From Amphiscolops sp. MND2022 (lineage: Eukaryota): 64,000 bases of DNA. The DNA is taken from positions 46,626,001 to 46,690,000 of the forward strand of contig OZ076409.1 in NCBI GenBank assembly GCA_964187785.1. Direction: 5' to 3'. The notes under the pieces were generated by a model. That model searched no databases, was not told where the DNA came from, and saw only the letters and a program-made list of their open reading frames with translations. Below are positions 1 through 12,559 of this stretch, piece after piece. Numbering within the stretch: position 1 is the first letter of the stretch; the number at the start of each line of letters is the position of its first letter. Made by a program: the position numbers and the translations under genes.

Positions 1-34
1 GTATCAATCTCAAATTTACCTCCTGCAATGAAAA

Positions 35-1005
35 TATCACTGAAGTGACTCATAACTTCACTAAACTGAAGTGACTCATAAACTCATAAATACTACTTTT
101 TGACTTTCACATAATTGTGTTCTTACTGAGAATGGGAACCGTTGATAATGATAATATAAGGATGAAAGACTTTCTCATATGTTTGGCGCTCCTGGGTTAT
201 TCATCCTTCTCAGCTGAAGTTATCCCGGGAATTCGGAACGAACGCCTTTTTATTTTTGTATCTTCAGCTTTGAACAACAGCCTTACGAGCCTGGTGGTAG
301 CAGTTAAAAGCGCCCTTCTAGTGGGCTTTCGAGTGTATATTTGAGCTCTTCCTGGACGTTCTGGTGAGCTTCTTTTGGGCGTCCTGGGCTTTTTTGACGT
401 TCTTCTAGGCTCCTTTTAGGGCGTACTTCTGGGGTCTTTTTGGGCGTCCTTCTGGGTTCTTTTTGGACATTGTTTTGGGCTCTTTTTGGGCGTTCTTCTG
501 GATGTTGTTCCGAAACTGCTAATTCCACTTTACATTAGCTGCATTTAGGAACGTTAGGGGATGTTTGCCCGGTTTTTTGAGTTTTCTGAGCATCTTTGAT
601 TCAAAAACGCGCCTGTCAAAAAATAGGTACGTTCGGTGAAAAAAAGATACGCTTGGTGTCTCTGATTAGAGACTTCTTCAAAAACTCACGACACTAAGCG
701 TACGACGTTTACGCACTGTGCTCCTTAGCGCTTTGCGTCTTCCATTGTAAACGTCCAGTCCCGCCCTAGCTTTTGCAGCTTCCTCCTGATTAGGTAAGTA
801 CCAAAAGTAAATCTATTTCGGAATGGCCATCTAAAGATTCCGCATTTATCACCGCCATCGTCTTGCTTGTCGATCGTTCGGATTAGGTAAATAATACGCA
901 CCGTTTCCTTTTCACTTCATTGATCACTGTGTTCTTCGCCGTTTCTAACGTATCCGTTCGATCTCTGAACGTTCCGTAGATTATTTATCAACAACTACAG
1001 CAACG
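35..1005 (+). repeat. 5' LTR of the BEL/Pao element (right boundary approximate)
   Basis: 35-180 (tatcactgaa..gtgactcata..gataatgataatataag.atgaaagacttt) aligns with 7556-7697. A TGGTC.. PBS-like start follows at ~1007. Confidence 0.6.
345..505. repeat. Degenerate ~24-bp tandem repeat (ctttttgggcgttcttctggg-like) inside the 5' LTR
   Basis: About six imperfect copies are visible. They explain the repetitive antisense ORF 304..528. Confidence 0.75.
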
Positions 1006-4000
1006 ATGGTCAACCCGAAGATTGCAACACTCACCAACCAGTTCAAACTACATGAATTCCAGAACGCATCCAAATACCTGGCGTCTAAAATGGACTGCGA
1101 CCAGAATCCTGCTCGTCTGCGTCAAAATCTTGCCATTTGCAATCTTTTGCATGCAGACTTGAAGAACTGGCTGAAAAGATGTCGGCACATCTGCCTCTTA
1201 CAGAATTGGAGCTATTTCTCCAGATTTCAGACGACATCTTGCTTCAAATTCTACAATTTACCGACCAAATTGAAGACCTAACAGTAACGGATCTCACACA
1301 TGCCTGTCACAGCCAATCTTCGCCAGCATTTTCCACAGTCCAACTTAGATGCGACGAAATCACAACATCACCAGGAGCCACAGCACCCGCAATTTTGACA
1401 CAAACGGACAGCAGCAGATCCAACAGTCAACAACCTGTTTACAGTTGCCACTCTTCGGGAAACCACTCACATTCTGGACATGACCGGAGACGAGCTCTTT
1501 CGTCATCTAGCCACCGTCGAAGACAACACTCCCAATGATACCCGACCGCCAGCAACACAACAAGGAGTTCACAACCAACAGAAAACTCAACTACCGTCAC
1601 CGACCATGACAACATACTTCAAGAACAAGCCTCAAGCATTGGAAACAGCCTTCAACAAGAACACTGCACCAGCACAACCGGAAGCAGCTTAATGCCACTT
1701 CAGCAGTAAGCGAATGTGCAAACCATACCTCCACAGTTACCACCTCTTCTACATCAACAAACTTTCAACAACCATTCGAAACAGCGTCAGATCTCCATCA
1801 GCAGCCAGCATCTACAGCCTACACTCTACAACATGCTTCCACAATTGGTCTATTTATCTAGCTACCATCAACCAACCTTTGACACCGTTGTTACCCCCAA
1901 TCCTGCATACCTGCAAACCGCATGTGAGATCTGGTCATGCGAACCTTACCACTCAACGCCTGCACAGCCACCTCCCAGCCACTTGCAAGAACAACTACCG
2001 TTCACCCAACCCACTGGGTATTTAACTAACCGCATGCACAACCTCGACAGTTTTTTGGCGCCCAGTACAGATGTACTTCACTCAAACCAATCACTGCCAA
2101 CTTGAGCTACTACGATTCCGACAGCTGTACCTCATCGTGCGATGGACCCGTCACATCAACTATTAGCACACGCCGCTAACTATTCCACACCACCACTGAT
2201 CCCACAACCTACAACTGTTGCACCTCAGATGCCACCTCATAATCGAATATACATGAACGAGTTCCCACCACAACTGATACACCCAACCAGTTTCTGACGA
2301 ACAGCCAACGCTGTGCAGCAGTGTTTTGGCACACCAGCACGCCGCCAGTGCTTTGATTCACAACACGCCCCCAGGAAGTTACTTATATACCGACAGAAAA
2401 CAGCCCCGCAACACAGATAGAACCAACAAATACAGCAATTGCAAACAACCGCCCACTGATTCAACTGTTTTTCGCACAAACTCCTACCTCAACCGCAGAT
2501 GCCAACTATTCCCCTGCACGTATCTAATAACCAACAACTCAAACTCCCTAGTTCAACTGTGATCCATTGTCATTTCACGATTGGATCAACATCTTGAAAT
2601 CCCCTGTTCACAGTTATCACACCAACACACCGCGTCACCTACCTCCAAAATCAAAATCCAGTGACCGGCCGAGCCAAGGACCTAATTCGTAGATACTCAT
2701 GTGACCCTGCATTCTATGATGTAGGTCTCGCCGAGCTCCAATCTCACTTTGGCTTACCACAGCATGTCGTTAATGCTTATAACAAACGCTTGGAGTCTTG
2801 GTCACGCGTCACGTCACAGAATCCGCACACTCTTTTGTCTTTCACCACTTCCCTGAAGTGAATGGTACAGTTTTTTAACGATCTTCACTGCACCGCAGAC
2901 CTGATATTTTCTACAGTTTCTTCTTCAGCGAAAGCAAACTGCCACACAGCCTTCTCACAAATTGGACTGAGTACATCGTAAAGTGTGCCATTGAAGTACC
3001 GACCCACCCTACTTCATTTCCAACAATTGTCGGAGATTCAAGCCGAAGTTTTTGAAGAACTTCAGCATCTCCTCTCAAGCGATACCTCACACCAACCAGA
3101 TATCACTGAACGAGACTTACAACGTCCAAAGCCATCTACTTCAACCACGAAAGAACAACGTTGCTGCCCTTGTGCAACAAGTCACACTTCATTGCTGTCT
3201 GCCCGCATGACCTCGAAGCATTTACTTCCGACAAACTTGCGCTCGTCCGAAAACACCAACTTTGCTTCAACTGTTACAGTAGTAGTCACCAGAAAAGTGA
3301 CTACCCGTCTCGCAATCACTTTTGCCTGGATGCAGCGCATTGCACCATACTTCGCCTCATTCCGTAGATAAAACCGCACGCTGCTCCTTACCAATCGTTC
3401 GCAGCGCCGACACAAGTAAACCCTTCTCAAATCCTGGGCGCAATAGCGACACGAATCAACCCAGCATTCACACTCAAAATTTACCCCATCAAACGACCTT
3501 ATAGCCGCCGTTCAGAATAACGAACAGAATAGGTTAAAGAACAGAATAGCCGCCGTTGTCAACAGTTGAACCTCACGAAAAGTCCCCATTTCAACGCCAC
3601 CTCTATGAATCACGATAACTCCAAACTACCGATCGATCTTTTGTCAGTTTCGTAAGTCATTCCCGTTTCACTTATGAAAGGCAACCGGATCGTCGACACT
3701 GACGCCCTCATTGATCCCGGTAGCACTGGAACATACAACGTTGAGAACATTGCAAAAGCTATAGATGAGAAGACCGTTTTGAAATTCTATTTGAACGTTC
3801 AATTCTTGAGTGGCTCTAACTCACTAACTGTTTTTCTTACAAACTTCACAAATGCCCCATACGCTGACAACGTAAAGACATTTTCGAATCAGGAAGCATT
3901 CTGTACTGTCAAAATCATTTTTCCCCAGCTGACATTGACGAGCTTAACACAGTTTGCCAATCCTCACCCCACTTACGTCACATCAATTTCCCTAACATCA

Positions 4001-7000
4001 ATACCGGATACATCAGAGTTTTTCTCGGAACTGACTGTATTGCCTTCAGCAATGCCCTCGAACGGATCGAGGCCTTACAATCACCCTTCTGGAATCCGAA
4101 CCGAACTTGGATGAACCATTTCTGACGAGTTCTATGTTTCCAGAAGAAAGAAGAGCCGTCAAATAAATTCCCTAATTTTTTACGCCTCCGCTAATCTTAG
4201 TCCCGGAATACCACTCTCCACCCCTCTCGTCGTCGATTTTTTTTACAACGTTTCTGGAACATAGAAAAAACTGCCGCTGAACCGCCAGTTCATCATACAT
4301 TGAACGAAAAAGAGCAGCAAACTCTGCGAACCCTCATACACGATTCGCCTTGAGAAAACCTGAGGCCTTCCTCTAAAACAATTATTTCGCTGCCAAGAGC
4401 CAGCTTCGTGGCATGCAAAAGTGCTTGAACGAAAAATCAGGGACACTACAGAAATTCAATTCGACAATCGAACGCGATTTTCCAGAAAAACTACATCGCA
4501 CCAGTTATCACCACTAATCCACCACCCGAACACATTTGGTACCTTCTAACCCATCCCCCGAAAACCCCAACAATCCGGTAGAAGTTCGCTGCGTAGCCAA
4601 CACAGCATCGATGGTCAAAGGAACATCCCTAAATGACAATCGCCTCACCGGACCAGACCTGCTCACAGATGCAGACCTGCTCCTTGAGCTCATTCTTCGT
4701 TTCCGCGAACACGCAATTGACCTTAGGAGATATCGAAGGCATGTTTATGCAAATCGCCATCCGACCAGCTGATCAATCAGCTTTGCGCTTCCTTTGACTG
4801 GAAGACGACTTGGTCCGCCAATTAATATCAATACAACCGATTGATGTTTGGTCGAATTGTTCCCCATGTTGTGCCATTTTCGCCCTCCGGGAATGTTCCT
4901 TTGACAATTGCGACAGGACATACTAGTGTACTGAAAGATTTTTACATGGATGAATTCTTCATTAGGTCATTTCGAGCAGTTACGGACGCCCGACAACTTA
5001 CATTCGACCTACGCACGAACCATCTTGGCTAGAGGTGGCTTCCGCCTCACTGAGGTCGCAGCCAACAATTCTGCAGCCCTAGATCACCTTCCTCAAATTG
5101 AAAAATGAGCAGCGGTTGAGACGAAACGAGTCCTTGATCGAAAGTGGTCTTGAAAGTTGACACCTACAAGGCACCGCCACCAAAACCCGCTACGACACCG
5201 TCAACGTTATGCCAGCTGTTCAGTCACGTTTCCTCTATTTTCGACCCGATTGGCCTACTCGCACTTTCCGTCATCAAACTCAAGATACAAATTGAGTCAC
5301 TCGGTGAACGTGGCCAGAATTGGGAACCAAATTTTCAGAAGACATTCAGCCGATTGTTGACAAAATCGGCGCACGGTACCGTCAAGTTCCTCACTTCTCC
5401 GTGCCTTGGCGCATTTTTCGATCAACGACACCAGTTAATCTGCGCAATTTATGGATTCCGTTTTTTGCTGTCATCATTTTTGCTTGTCAACTGGATGCCT
5501 CCGGCGAGACCGCTAATCTCACTTTCGTCCTAGGAAAGAGCCGTGTCGCTCCCATCAAACAACAAAGTGTTCCAAAGCCGGAACTTCAAGCCGCCGTTCT
5601 GGGAGTCCGTTTACTCTAAACAGTACGTAAAGCTTTCGCCACACAGTTTCGACCAGTTACGCCTTGGTCCGACAGTTGTGTTGTTCTCGACTGGATCCAA
5701 TCGCCCAACAAAGTTTGTTTTGCCGCCAACATGAACTGTTTGAACATTTTGTTTTGCGACGGAATCAGACAATCGACATCTGCAGTTGACTGGATATACG
5801 TACCCACCGATTCAAACCCAGCCGACTATGGCACAAGAGGTTTAAAACCAGACGCTATCGAACAACTTTGGACTCTCTCCATTTTTGACCCAATCACCTC
5901 ATCAATGGCCGCACCGCCGCCATCTCCCGCGCGCTAATAGTATTTGCGCCACCGCTAAAACTGAACCACAATCCGCTGTTTTGAATTTCAATCGTTTTTC
6001 TTTTTGGTTTCGTCTACTTCGCTCATCCGCTCAAGTCTGCCGCTTCGTCCGCCTTCTCCGAAACCGCTCGTCTGACCGCAGTCTCGCCACTGACGACTAT
6101 CAACATGACCAGCACCTGCTTTTCCGACAGTCGCAATTTGAGTCTTTTTCCACCACGGTATCTCAATTGCATAGCAAAAAACCCTTCGTTGGAAGTCAAG
6201 CGTTTACCACACAGTCCCGTTTTGGACGAACACGCCGTTCTGCGTTCCGCCGGTTGCCTCCAGTACGCTTCTCTACCCTCCTTGACACGAATTCCGATCG
6301 TTTTAGACACCCGCAAGTGCATCTTACAACATTGTCACGCCCTCTGTCATCACGCTGGAGCAGATTACGTAAAAGCGTTTCTGAAACAGCGTTTTCTGAT
6401 TTTCGGAGTCCGTTCTGCGGTGCGGACTCATTCACAGATGCTTCACTTGTCGCCGTTTCCGCGCGCAAAACGTAGAACCCGAAATGGTAACACGAGTTTG
6501 CCATTTAGAAGCGTGTACCTCCCTCACTAGCGACAGTTTTTGTAACGCCTGTCGACGATTCCTCGCTAGACGGGGACAACCACGCCGTTCGCGTTCCGAC
6601 AATGGAACCAACTTCAACTTTATTGGTGTCCGTCGTACCCTCCAGGACAGCTTGAACGAAGGTATTCGTTATTCCAAAGAAAAAATCGTGCAAGCTGCCG
6701 ATATACAATGGAATTTCAACCCACCAACAGTTCTCTAGTTCGGTGGAGCATGGGAGAGGATAATCCAGACAGCCAAGCGAGCCCTTTTGATCAACCAGGG
6801 ATCGCAGAAGCTCACTTTGAATTTCTTCACTAATTTATCAGAAACAGAGCTGATGCTAAATTCCCGCCCACTCACTCATGCTGCCGATCAGTCGGAGAAT
6901 GAAGAGCCACTGACGCCCAACCACTTCCTACTGAATCGATCGTACGTTATGTTACCTCCCTGAGTTTTTAACAGCCCTGACCAGTCACTTTTGTTTAAAT

Positions 7001-7470
7001 TATTGGAAAAAATTCAGAAAGTTACCAACCACATATGGAAGGGGATGCTGAAAGATTACCTCCCTACTCTTCATCCTCGCGGGAAGTTGTCGACTGCCCA
7101 ACTTCACCTACGTTCTGAGGTTACGAAGTCTTTAAGAGCTCTGACCAGTCACTTTCGTGTAAATTAGTGAAAGAAAGTCAGAAAGTGACAAACCACAAAT
7201 GGAAGAGGTTGCTAAAAATACCTCCCTACTCCCTCGTCCTCGCGGTAAGTTGTCGACTGCCCAACCTCAGCTACTTTCTCAGGTTACGAAGTTCGAGGAA
7301 GTGATCTTGTTTGGCTCCTCCGCCATTTTACACCTCGTGGAATATGGCCTCTTGGACGAATCATAGTTACCCACCCTGAGCGAGATGTATTTGTCCGCGT
7401 CTGCACTATTACGAGAGCCTATGGAACCTTCGATTGGCCCGCCGTTTTGCTGTCTCGCGTTTTTGCTCCG
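1006..7470 (+). pseudogene. BEL/Pao gag-pol polyprotein, multiply frameshifted, with stops and internal deletions
   Basis: Motifs are spread over many short ORFs in different frames. The RT catalytic motif is degenerate (YMDE) and the integrase lacks the segment carrying the first catalytic Asp. Confidence 0.9.
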
Positions 7471-7542
7471 TGACGATTCGCTCCGCAACGCTACGCATCA
7501 TCTTTTCCACCTTAGTTGCTACGCGCCCCCTTCTTTGCAGCT

Positions 7543-7555
7543 AAGGGGTGGAGCA
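7543..7555 (+). other. Polypurine tract of the BEL element
   Basis: aaggggtggagca lies immediately before the TGTCA start of the 3' LTR at 7556. Confidence 0.75.
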
Positions 7556-7697
7556 TGTCACTGAATGATTCAACTTTATTGAACTAAAGTGACTCATAGA
7601 CTCATAGATACTACTTTTTGACTTCGCTGAGTTGTGTTTTCACTGAGAATGAGAACCATTGATAATGATAATATAAGAATGAAAGACTTTTTCCTTA
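7556..7697 (+). repeat. Truncated 3' LTR of the BEL element
   Basis: Starts with TGTCAC and matches 35-180 with many substitutions. Similarity stops at ~7697. Confidence 0.85.
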
Positions 7698-7877
7698 TAG
7701 GAAACGCTTTCTCTGAAAATTGTATGAAAAACCCAGTGTTTACTGTGGAAAAAGAAAAGCCTGACGTTCCATGGAAATGGCTGGGTACAAACCACTCCAA
7801 AGTATGGCTGTTGGCTCATCGCTTTAGGAATTGGCCAAGTTTTCAAAAGTTACCGAGAAGAGTCGGACAGAGCCGAT

Positions 7878-8283
7878 TTTAGTGAGTGCATACGTTCAAA
7901 AAGGCAGCCTATTGTAGTGCATTTTCAAAAAAACGTAACTGACATGTTGTCTATTCTACAAACTTGATTTCGTTTCGTTTCCACGACACTTGGACTAGTG
8001 GATAGATTTCCTTCGTCGTTTCGCTAGTCTTTTCGTTAGTTGTTTCATATAGTCGTTGATCAAGTCTAAAATGGATGTAGAACCATACTATAGAGCTAGA
8101 CGGTAGCAAAAGGCCCTTCCTGAGGAATTTTCGGCGTTCTGCGGCTTTTCGAAATTGTTATATTGTACCAAATTGTCTTTGTTTTTTTTGTTTCCAGTTG
8201 AAGAAAATCCTTTTAGAAGAAATTATTAGTTGCACTCTTCAGCCTTGAGCGGGGCGCCGACTTGAACCGTACCCGGCTCGTTT
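7878..8283 (+). mobile_element. HINE/DINE-1-like non-autonomous Helentron, family 1 (degenerate copy)
   Basis: Ends ggcgccgactt-gaaccgtacccggc-tcgttt (subTIR, stem-loop, terminus), as in the other family-1 copies. The left end is approximate. Confidence 0.6.
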
Positions 8284-9269
8284 CTCAGTAAGTTGACAAG
8301 GAATCTCCGCTCTAGCGCCAGTGATTTATGTAGTTTCAGTAGTTGGAAGACAACAACGTCGCATTTGCGCTTTCTCTTGGAACTTTTTCAACTTGATTGA
8401 TCAAAATGCTAAATTATCTCAGTCCTTTCATATTGTTGGTAAGACCCAATCTTTGGCAACACAGAACAGCTGACAAACAATTAGTGTTGTAGAGTATTGT
8501 TTTCAGTTGTTCCAAAGAACAGTGTTTGTTTATTGTCTAACTTGTGTCTCGTCTCTGTCTTGTTGATGACGTCGTGCCACTGGAAGAAACCTTTTGAAAA
8601 TCCAACACGTTCACGAGTGACATACGAGAATTTTGCTATTCTTCATTGAAATGAGATTCAAAGAGTCCGTGTTTTAAAGAGAAAGATTATAGGGCATAGA
8701 ATACAGTGTTAAATGCTCGCCCGTGCTGAGAACCCAGGGCAACCCACCGGTGGCCACAGCATTTCCCATCGCAGCCCCACCGGTGGCCATGACACATTTT
8801 GTGGTGGTCAAGAGTGGACAGGACTGTTAAATTTTGTATTGCAATATAATATTTCTTCGGAAATAATATATTGTTGAAGAAAAAGCGGTCCTCCACAATA
8901 ACTGCAATATATTGCTAATAAATTGTAAAACGAATTTGTTAAACTATAAACTTTCTAAATACGCAAAAACTATCAATTTAAACAATTTTGTTAACCAAAT
9001 TTACATCCTAAAATTTCTCATTTGCCATGAGAATGAGCTGAGACTCAAGATGCATAGGCAAATTGACTTCCGATATGAGTTGAGATAGTCTTTCACCTGA
9101 CTGAAAAAACGCTCCGCAACATTTGAGGTCGTTGGAATCCAGAACTAGTCCGCACAATAATTGACAGAATTTACAATAATATTTTTCGTTGATTTTTTGC
9201 CTTCCACAATAATTGGTACCAATACTATAGCAATTATTGTTGCCCATAATTTTTTTATACAGCCCTGGT

Positions 9270-10109
9270 CAGGGGCGGTGAAAAATTGATTGCGCATCCA
9301 AAACTTCAATTGCAATTAAGTGGAATAGTGAAAATCAATTATCAATTAATTGATACAACCCAAAATTGAATTGCAATTAATTGCAATTGATTGCAAAGGG
9401 AAAATATCAATTTTCAGCATCAACTTTGAACACGAGTTCATTATCCCAGTACTTTTTGTTGATTTTCAGAAATAGCGGCATTTCCAAATTTTGCGGCAAC
9501 AAATTCTGCCGCCGCTCAGAATAGGCATATTCCGCAGTACTAAAAAATCTCTCAAGCAAATTCGAAGTGGGAAGTAGGAAAAGCGAGTCCATATATAGGG
9601 GTTGTTACCGCGAAACCCCAGTGGCAATTTTTGGTTTCTTTATAATACTTGCTGCAAAGTCGCTCGCATTTTCAGGATTATGTGTTTCTTCTCGGCCGGA
9701 TGTCACTGGATACTGAAAGTTGTTCTTTTTTTTCCTCTGAGAGGGTGTCAGTTGTACAGTTCTGAATTTTGCTTATGGCATTCTCAAAATGAGCGTTCCC
9801 ACAAGAGCATGTCCGTTTTCCAGTTTGTGAATCAGTTTCCGCAAAATATCGCTTGACTATAGCTTCAACGTCTTGCTGTGACATTTTCAAAAAACTGAAG
9901 TGCAAAAGTCAACATGGCCTTTTCTAAGAAATATGGACTTGATTTCTAAGAAATGCACATAATAACTGTAAGAACTAAGATTTGCAATTAATTGCAATTA
10001 ATTAGTAAGAGCGCAATCAATTAATTGTAATTGCACACGTGAAGCAATCAATTAATTCGAATGAAAAATTGCAATTACTTGCAATGACAATTAATTTTGA
10101 CCTCCCCTG
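9270..10109 (-). mobile_element. Internally deleted hAT DNA transposon
   Basis: TIRs are caggggcggtgaaaaattgattg and (rc) caggggaggtcaaaattaattg. The 8-bp TSD is gccctggt / gccctagg (6/8 match). Subterminal ttgcaattaattg repeats are present. It retains a hAT C-terminal dimerisation motif. Confidence 0.85.
9407..9592 (-). pseudogene. hAT transposase C-terminal dimerisation domain remnant
   Basis: LPTSNLLERFFSTA...RRQNLLPQNLEMPLFLKIN matches the hAT PxTS..ERxFS.....R..L....LE..LFLK.N pattern. Confidence 0.8.
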
Positions 10110-11789
10110 GCCCTAGGAGTGGACCACCGGTGGGGGAAAATTTCATGTTGCATACAAAATATTGCAAAAATCGTGGCGCGAACCTGTATTAACTTTGTTG
10201 ACACTCCTGCATTTACCTCTGTACTATCAGCTTTTGTAATTTGTTTGTTTTGCCTTAGCAATATTTGTTCTACAGCATTGCCTACATCGCACGTGGCGTA
10301 CAAGTGGTGCCAAAATAGTCTTATTTGCTGCAGCACTTCATGAGTGTAGAAGTAAATTTTTGAAAATTTAAAAATTCAATAATGAAATAATAATTTTCAA
10401 TACTTTTCCATAATTCATAATTCATTTTTTTTTAAAATATTCCACCGGTGGTTTGCGGTGGAGCGCCAATACGGGCGGTCAAAGGAACTAGCACCGACGA
10501 GGAAAACTAAACAGAAAGAACCAATAGTTTAAGTTTGTACGATTTGTTACAGTCAGAAGAGTGGTCCAGTATTGATCCAGATTCGTGAAGTGCTTTGGAG
10601 TCAGTAGTGATCTACTCTAACGGGCGTCCTTAATGCCGCTACTTTGATGGTGCATAATGTTGATGGTAGGCTTTAGTACAACCTCGTCCCATTTCATAAT
10701 AAAAAATTTTCCTTCGGTTCGTAAGTATAGGTTCCATCTGAAGACACTGCGGGATTCAAATGCAGCTAGTTTTTTAGTTCTCCTCACTCTGCCTATCCAA
10801 GTAACAAAAGCGGGGAAATCTTAGTCAATAAACAAAGACAGGCGAGACGGCATGTCGCTCTTGGCTTCAAGCAGAAACTTTCAATGGTCTGAAGAAGGTG
10901 CTACGGTATGTGTATATTCCAGGGCCCAAAGTTTGAACTTTTGATCTAACCTCAGATCAGGAATTTTTGATGAAAGAACTTGAAAGAAACGTATTTTTGG
11001 TAGAAACACGAAGGCGTCTAACTTCATGGAGGAAATTTCTGGTATGAAAAGAAACCTACAGCCTTGCTGTTGTTTCTAAGGTATAAAAGGATGGTTTCAG
11101 TATCTATTTTCAGTTCTGAGAAGTATCAGCTACAAATTTTTTTTTGATCGCTTTCTTTGCCCAAAAAAACCGAAAAAAAATTGACGTCAGTTTTGGGCTA
11201 AAGTGTAGCCTACGGAACTCTTGTAAAATCTTTGAACCATGGAATCCGTCTTTGGCCCGGTCCTAGGATATAAAAGCCTAAGAATAAAAGAACTAGGGAA
11301 AAAACGAAAAAATCATGTGTTTTTGGCAGAAAAACGAAGGCGTCATACTTGATGACGGAAACTTTGTTAGTAAAATGTGGCCTAGAAAACCTTCGAACAA
11401 TTCACGACACCATGGAATTTGTAATTCGTCTCGGTTCTGAGATATAAGGATTTAGTGATGAGAAACAGTCAAAGATTGTGTTTTTTCAAAAACTTCTACG
11501 CAAAAAAGCCAAGAAGTCGAAACTTTTTTGCAACTGTAGCCTAGGATTTCGCGCAACTTTTAGTGAAAACATGGTATTCATATCTATTCTCAGTTTTGAG
11601 AAACTTGCCTTTCAAGTTTCAAAATTAGGCACATGTCACGAAATATGCGAAAAAAATTCGACCATATTGGGTATCTCGAAGCCTCAATATTTAATTGACG
11701 AAATAATTAGAAAGGCTGAAGAATCAAAAACTTGCTCATCAACGAAATCAAACTTAAGGAAGCGTTTGTTAAATCGAATTTGATTCTAG

Positions 11790-12073
11790 CCAGGTTGAAA
11801 AAAAAAGTTTTCTCTGCAAGGATCTTGTTAGAATATTTCGAGATCTTGCAAGACAGTCCTTTCTCCTCGGATTCATCTGAAGAATGTTACAAGATCCTTT
11901 CGTAAAAAGAATACCTTGAAAGATCCTACAAGTACCTTGCAAGGAATCGAAAGAGTTTACTTTAAATATATTGCAAGGATTACATTTCCTTTTGAATTGC
12001 TCGAAAGGAAAGATCTTTGAAACAACAATAAAATTGAGGATCTTGCAAGAGTTTGCAATGTTTTTCAACCAGG
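11790..12073. mobile_element. MITE with ccwggttgaaaaa TIRs and internal tcttgcaaga motifs (relative at ~34795-35006)
   Basis: Ends are ccaggttgaaaaa ... tttttcaaccagg. The interior contains repeated gatcttgcaaga-type palindromes. Confidence 0.55.
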
Positions 12074-12559
12074 ATCCTAAAGAACTAATTACAAACTCTT
12101 TACTTAAAATGGACAATTAGCGTCGGCAACAAAAGGTTTTGGTCTTGAATTGTGTTTTCGGAAAAATATTGGAAATTTTTTGTTCGAAAGAACTAATATT
12201 CTAACATATTTGTGCCATGTAACTCATTTCGGAATCTTTAGAATCCACAATGGGTTTTTAATTGAGTAGAAAATTAGAGCATGAGAAAATTTGGAGAAAA
12301 CGTAGCTGAGAGCGATGCAAGTTCATCTGAAGCGCGGAAAAATAATATCAATTATAACGGGAAAAAAACTTCACTTTCGGACACCAATAGATGTGAGGAA
12401 AACATCCAACTGATATACATCAATTCTGGAAAAGCTAAGGAAAATTTGTTGACTCATACAAAACAAATTTGTACAAATTACATTCGTCACATTCAAATAA
12501 AGTAGGAAAGAGAAGCACCTATTTAAAAAAACATTGAACACAATGGACAGCTGTGATAG

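Larger units (their letters stand above)
35..7697 (+). mobile_element. Decayed BEL/Pao LTR retrotransposon (5' LTR, gag-pro-RT-RNaseH-IN, PPT, truncated 3' LTR)
   Basis: Frameshifted fragments occur in BEL order. Gag: TGRAKDLIRRY..LAELQSHFG (2661-2861) and Cys/His knuckles PLCNKSH..C / LCFNCYSSSH (3161-3367). Protease: ALIDPGS (3674). RT: SLNDNRLTGPDLL..LRFRE and FYMDEF (4536-5032). Pao RNaseH region: KSRVAPIK..PELQAAVLGVRL and VPTDSNPADYGTRG. Integrase: HLE..RRFLARRG..SDNGTNF, FGGAWER and LTPNHFLL. The first ~145 bp (from 35) are repeated at 7556. Confidence 0.93.
8704..10496. mobile_element. Non-autonomous DNA transposon with degenerate CAGTG../CGGTG.. TIRs and ccaccggtgg subterminal motifs (hAT-like), host of a nested hAT element
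   Basis: Left end cagtgtt..cgcccgtg..caacccaccggtgg resembles the reverse complement of the right end, cggtgct..cgcccgta..caaaccaccggtgg. The palindrome ccaccggtgg recurs near both ends. No clear TSD. Confidence 0.5.

Noticed and set aside
345..505. Repeat array as a possible CRISPR
   Set aside because: The units are degenerate and contiguous with no unique spacers, the context is eukaryotic and there are no cas genes.
1006..2562. Pro/Gln/Thr-rich ORFs as an independent host gene
   Set aside because: They lie between the 5' LTR and the recognisable Gag core in the same orientation, and are best explained as a frameshifted low-complexity Gag N-terminus.
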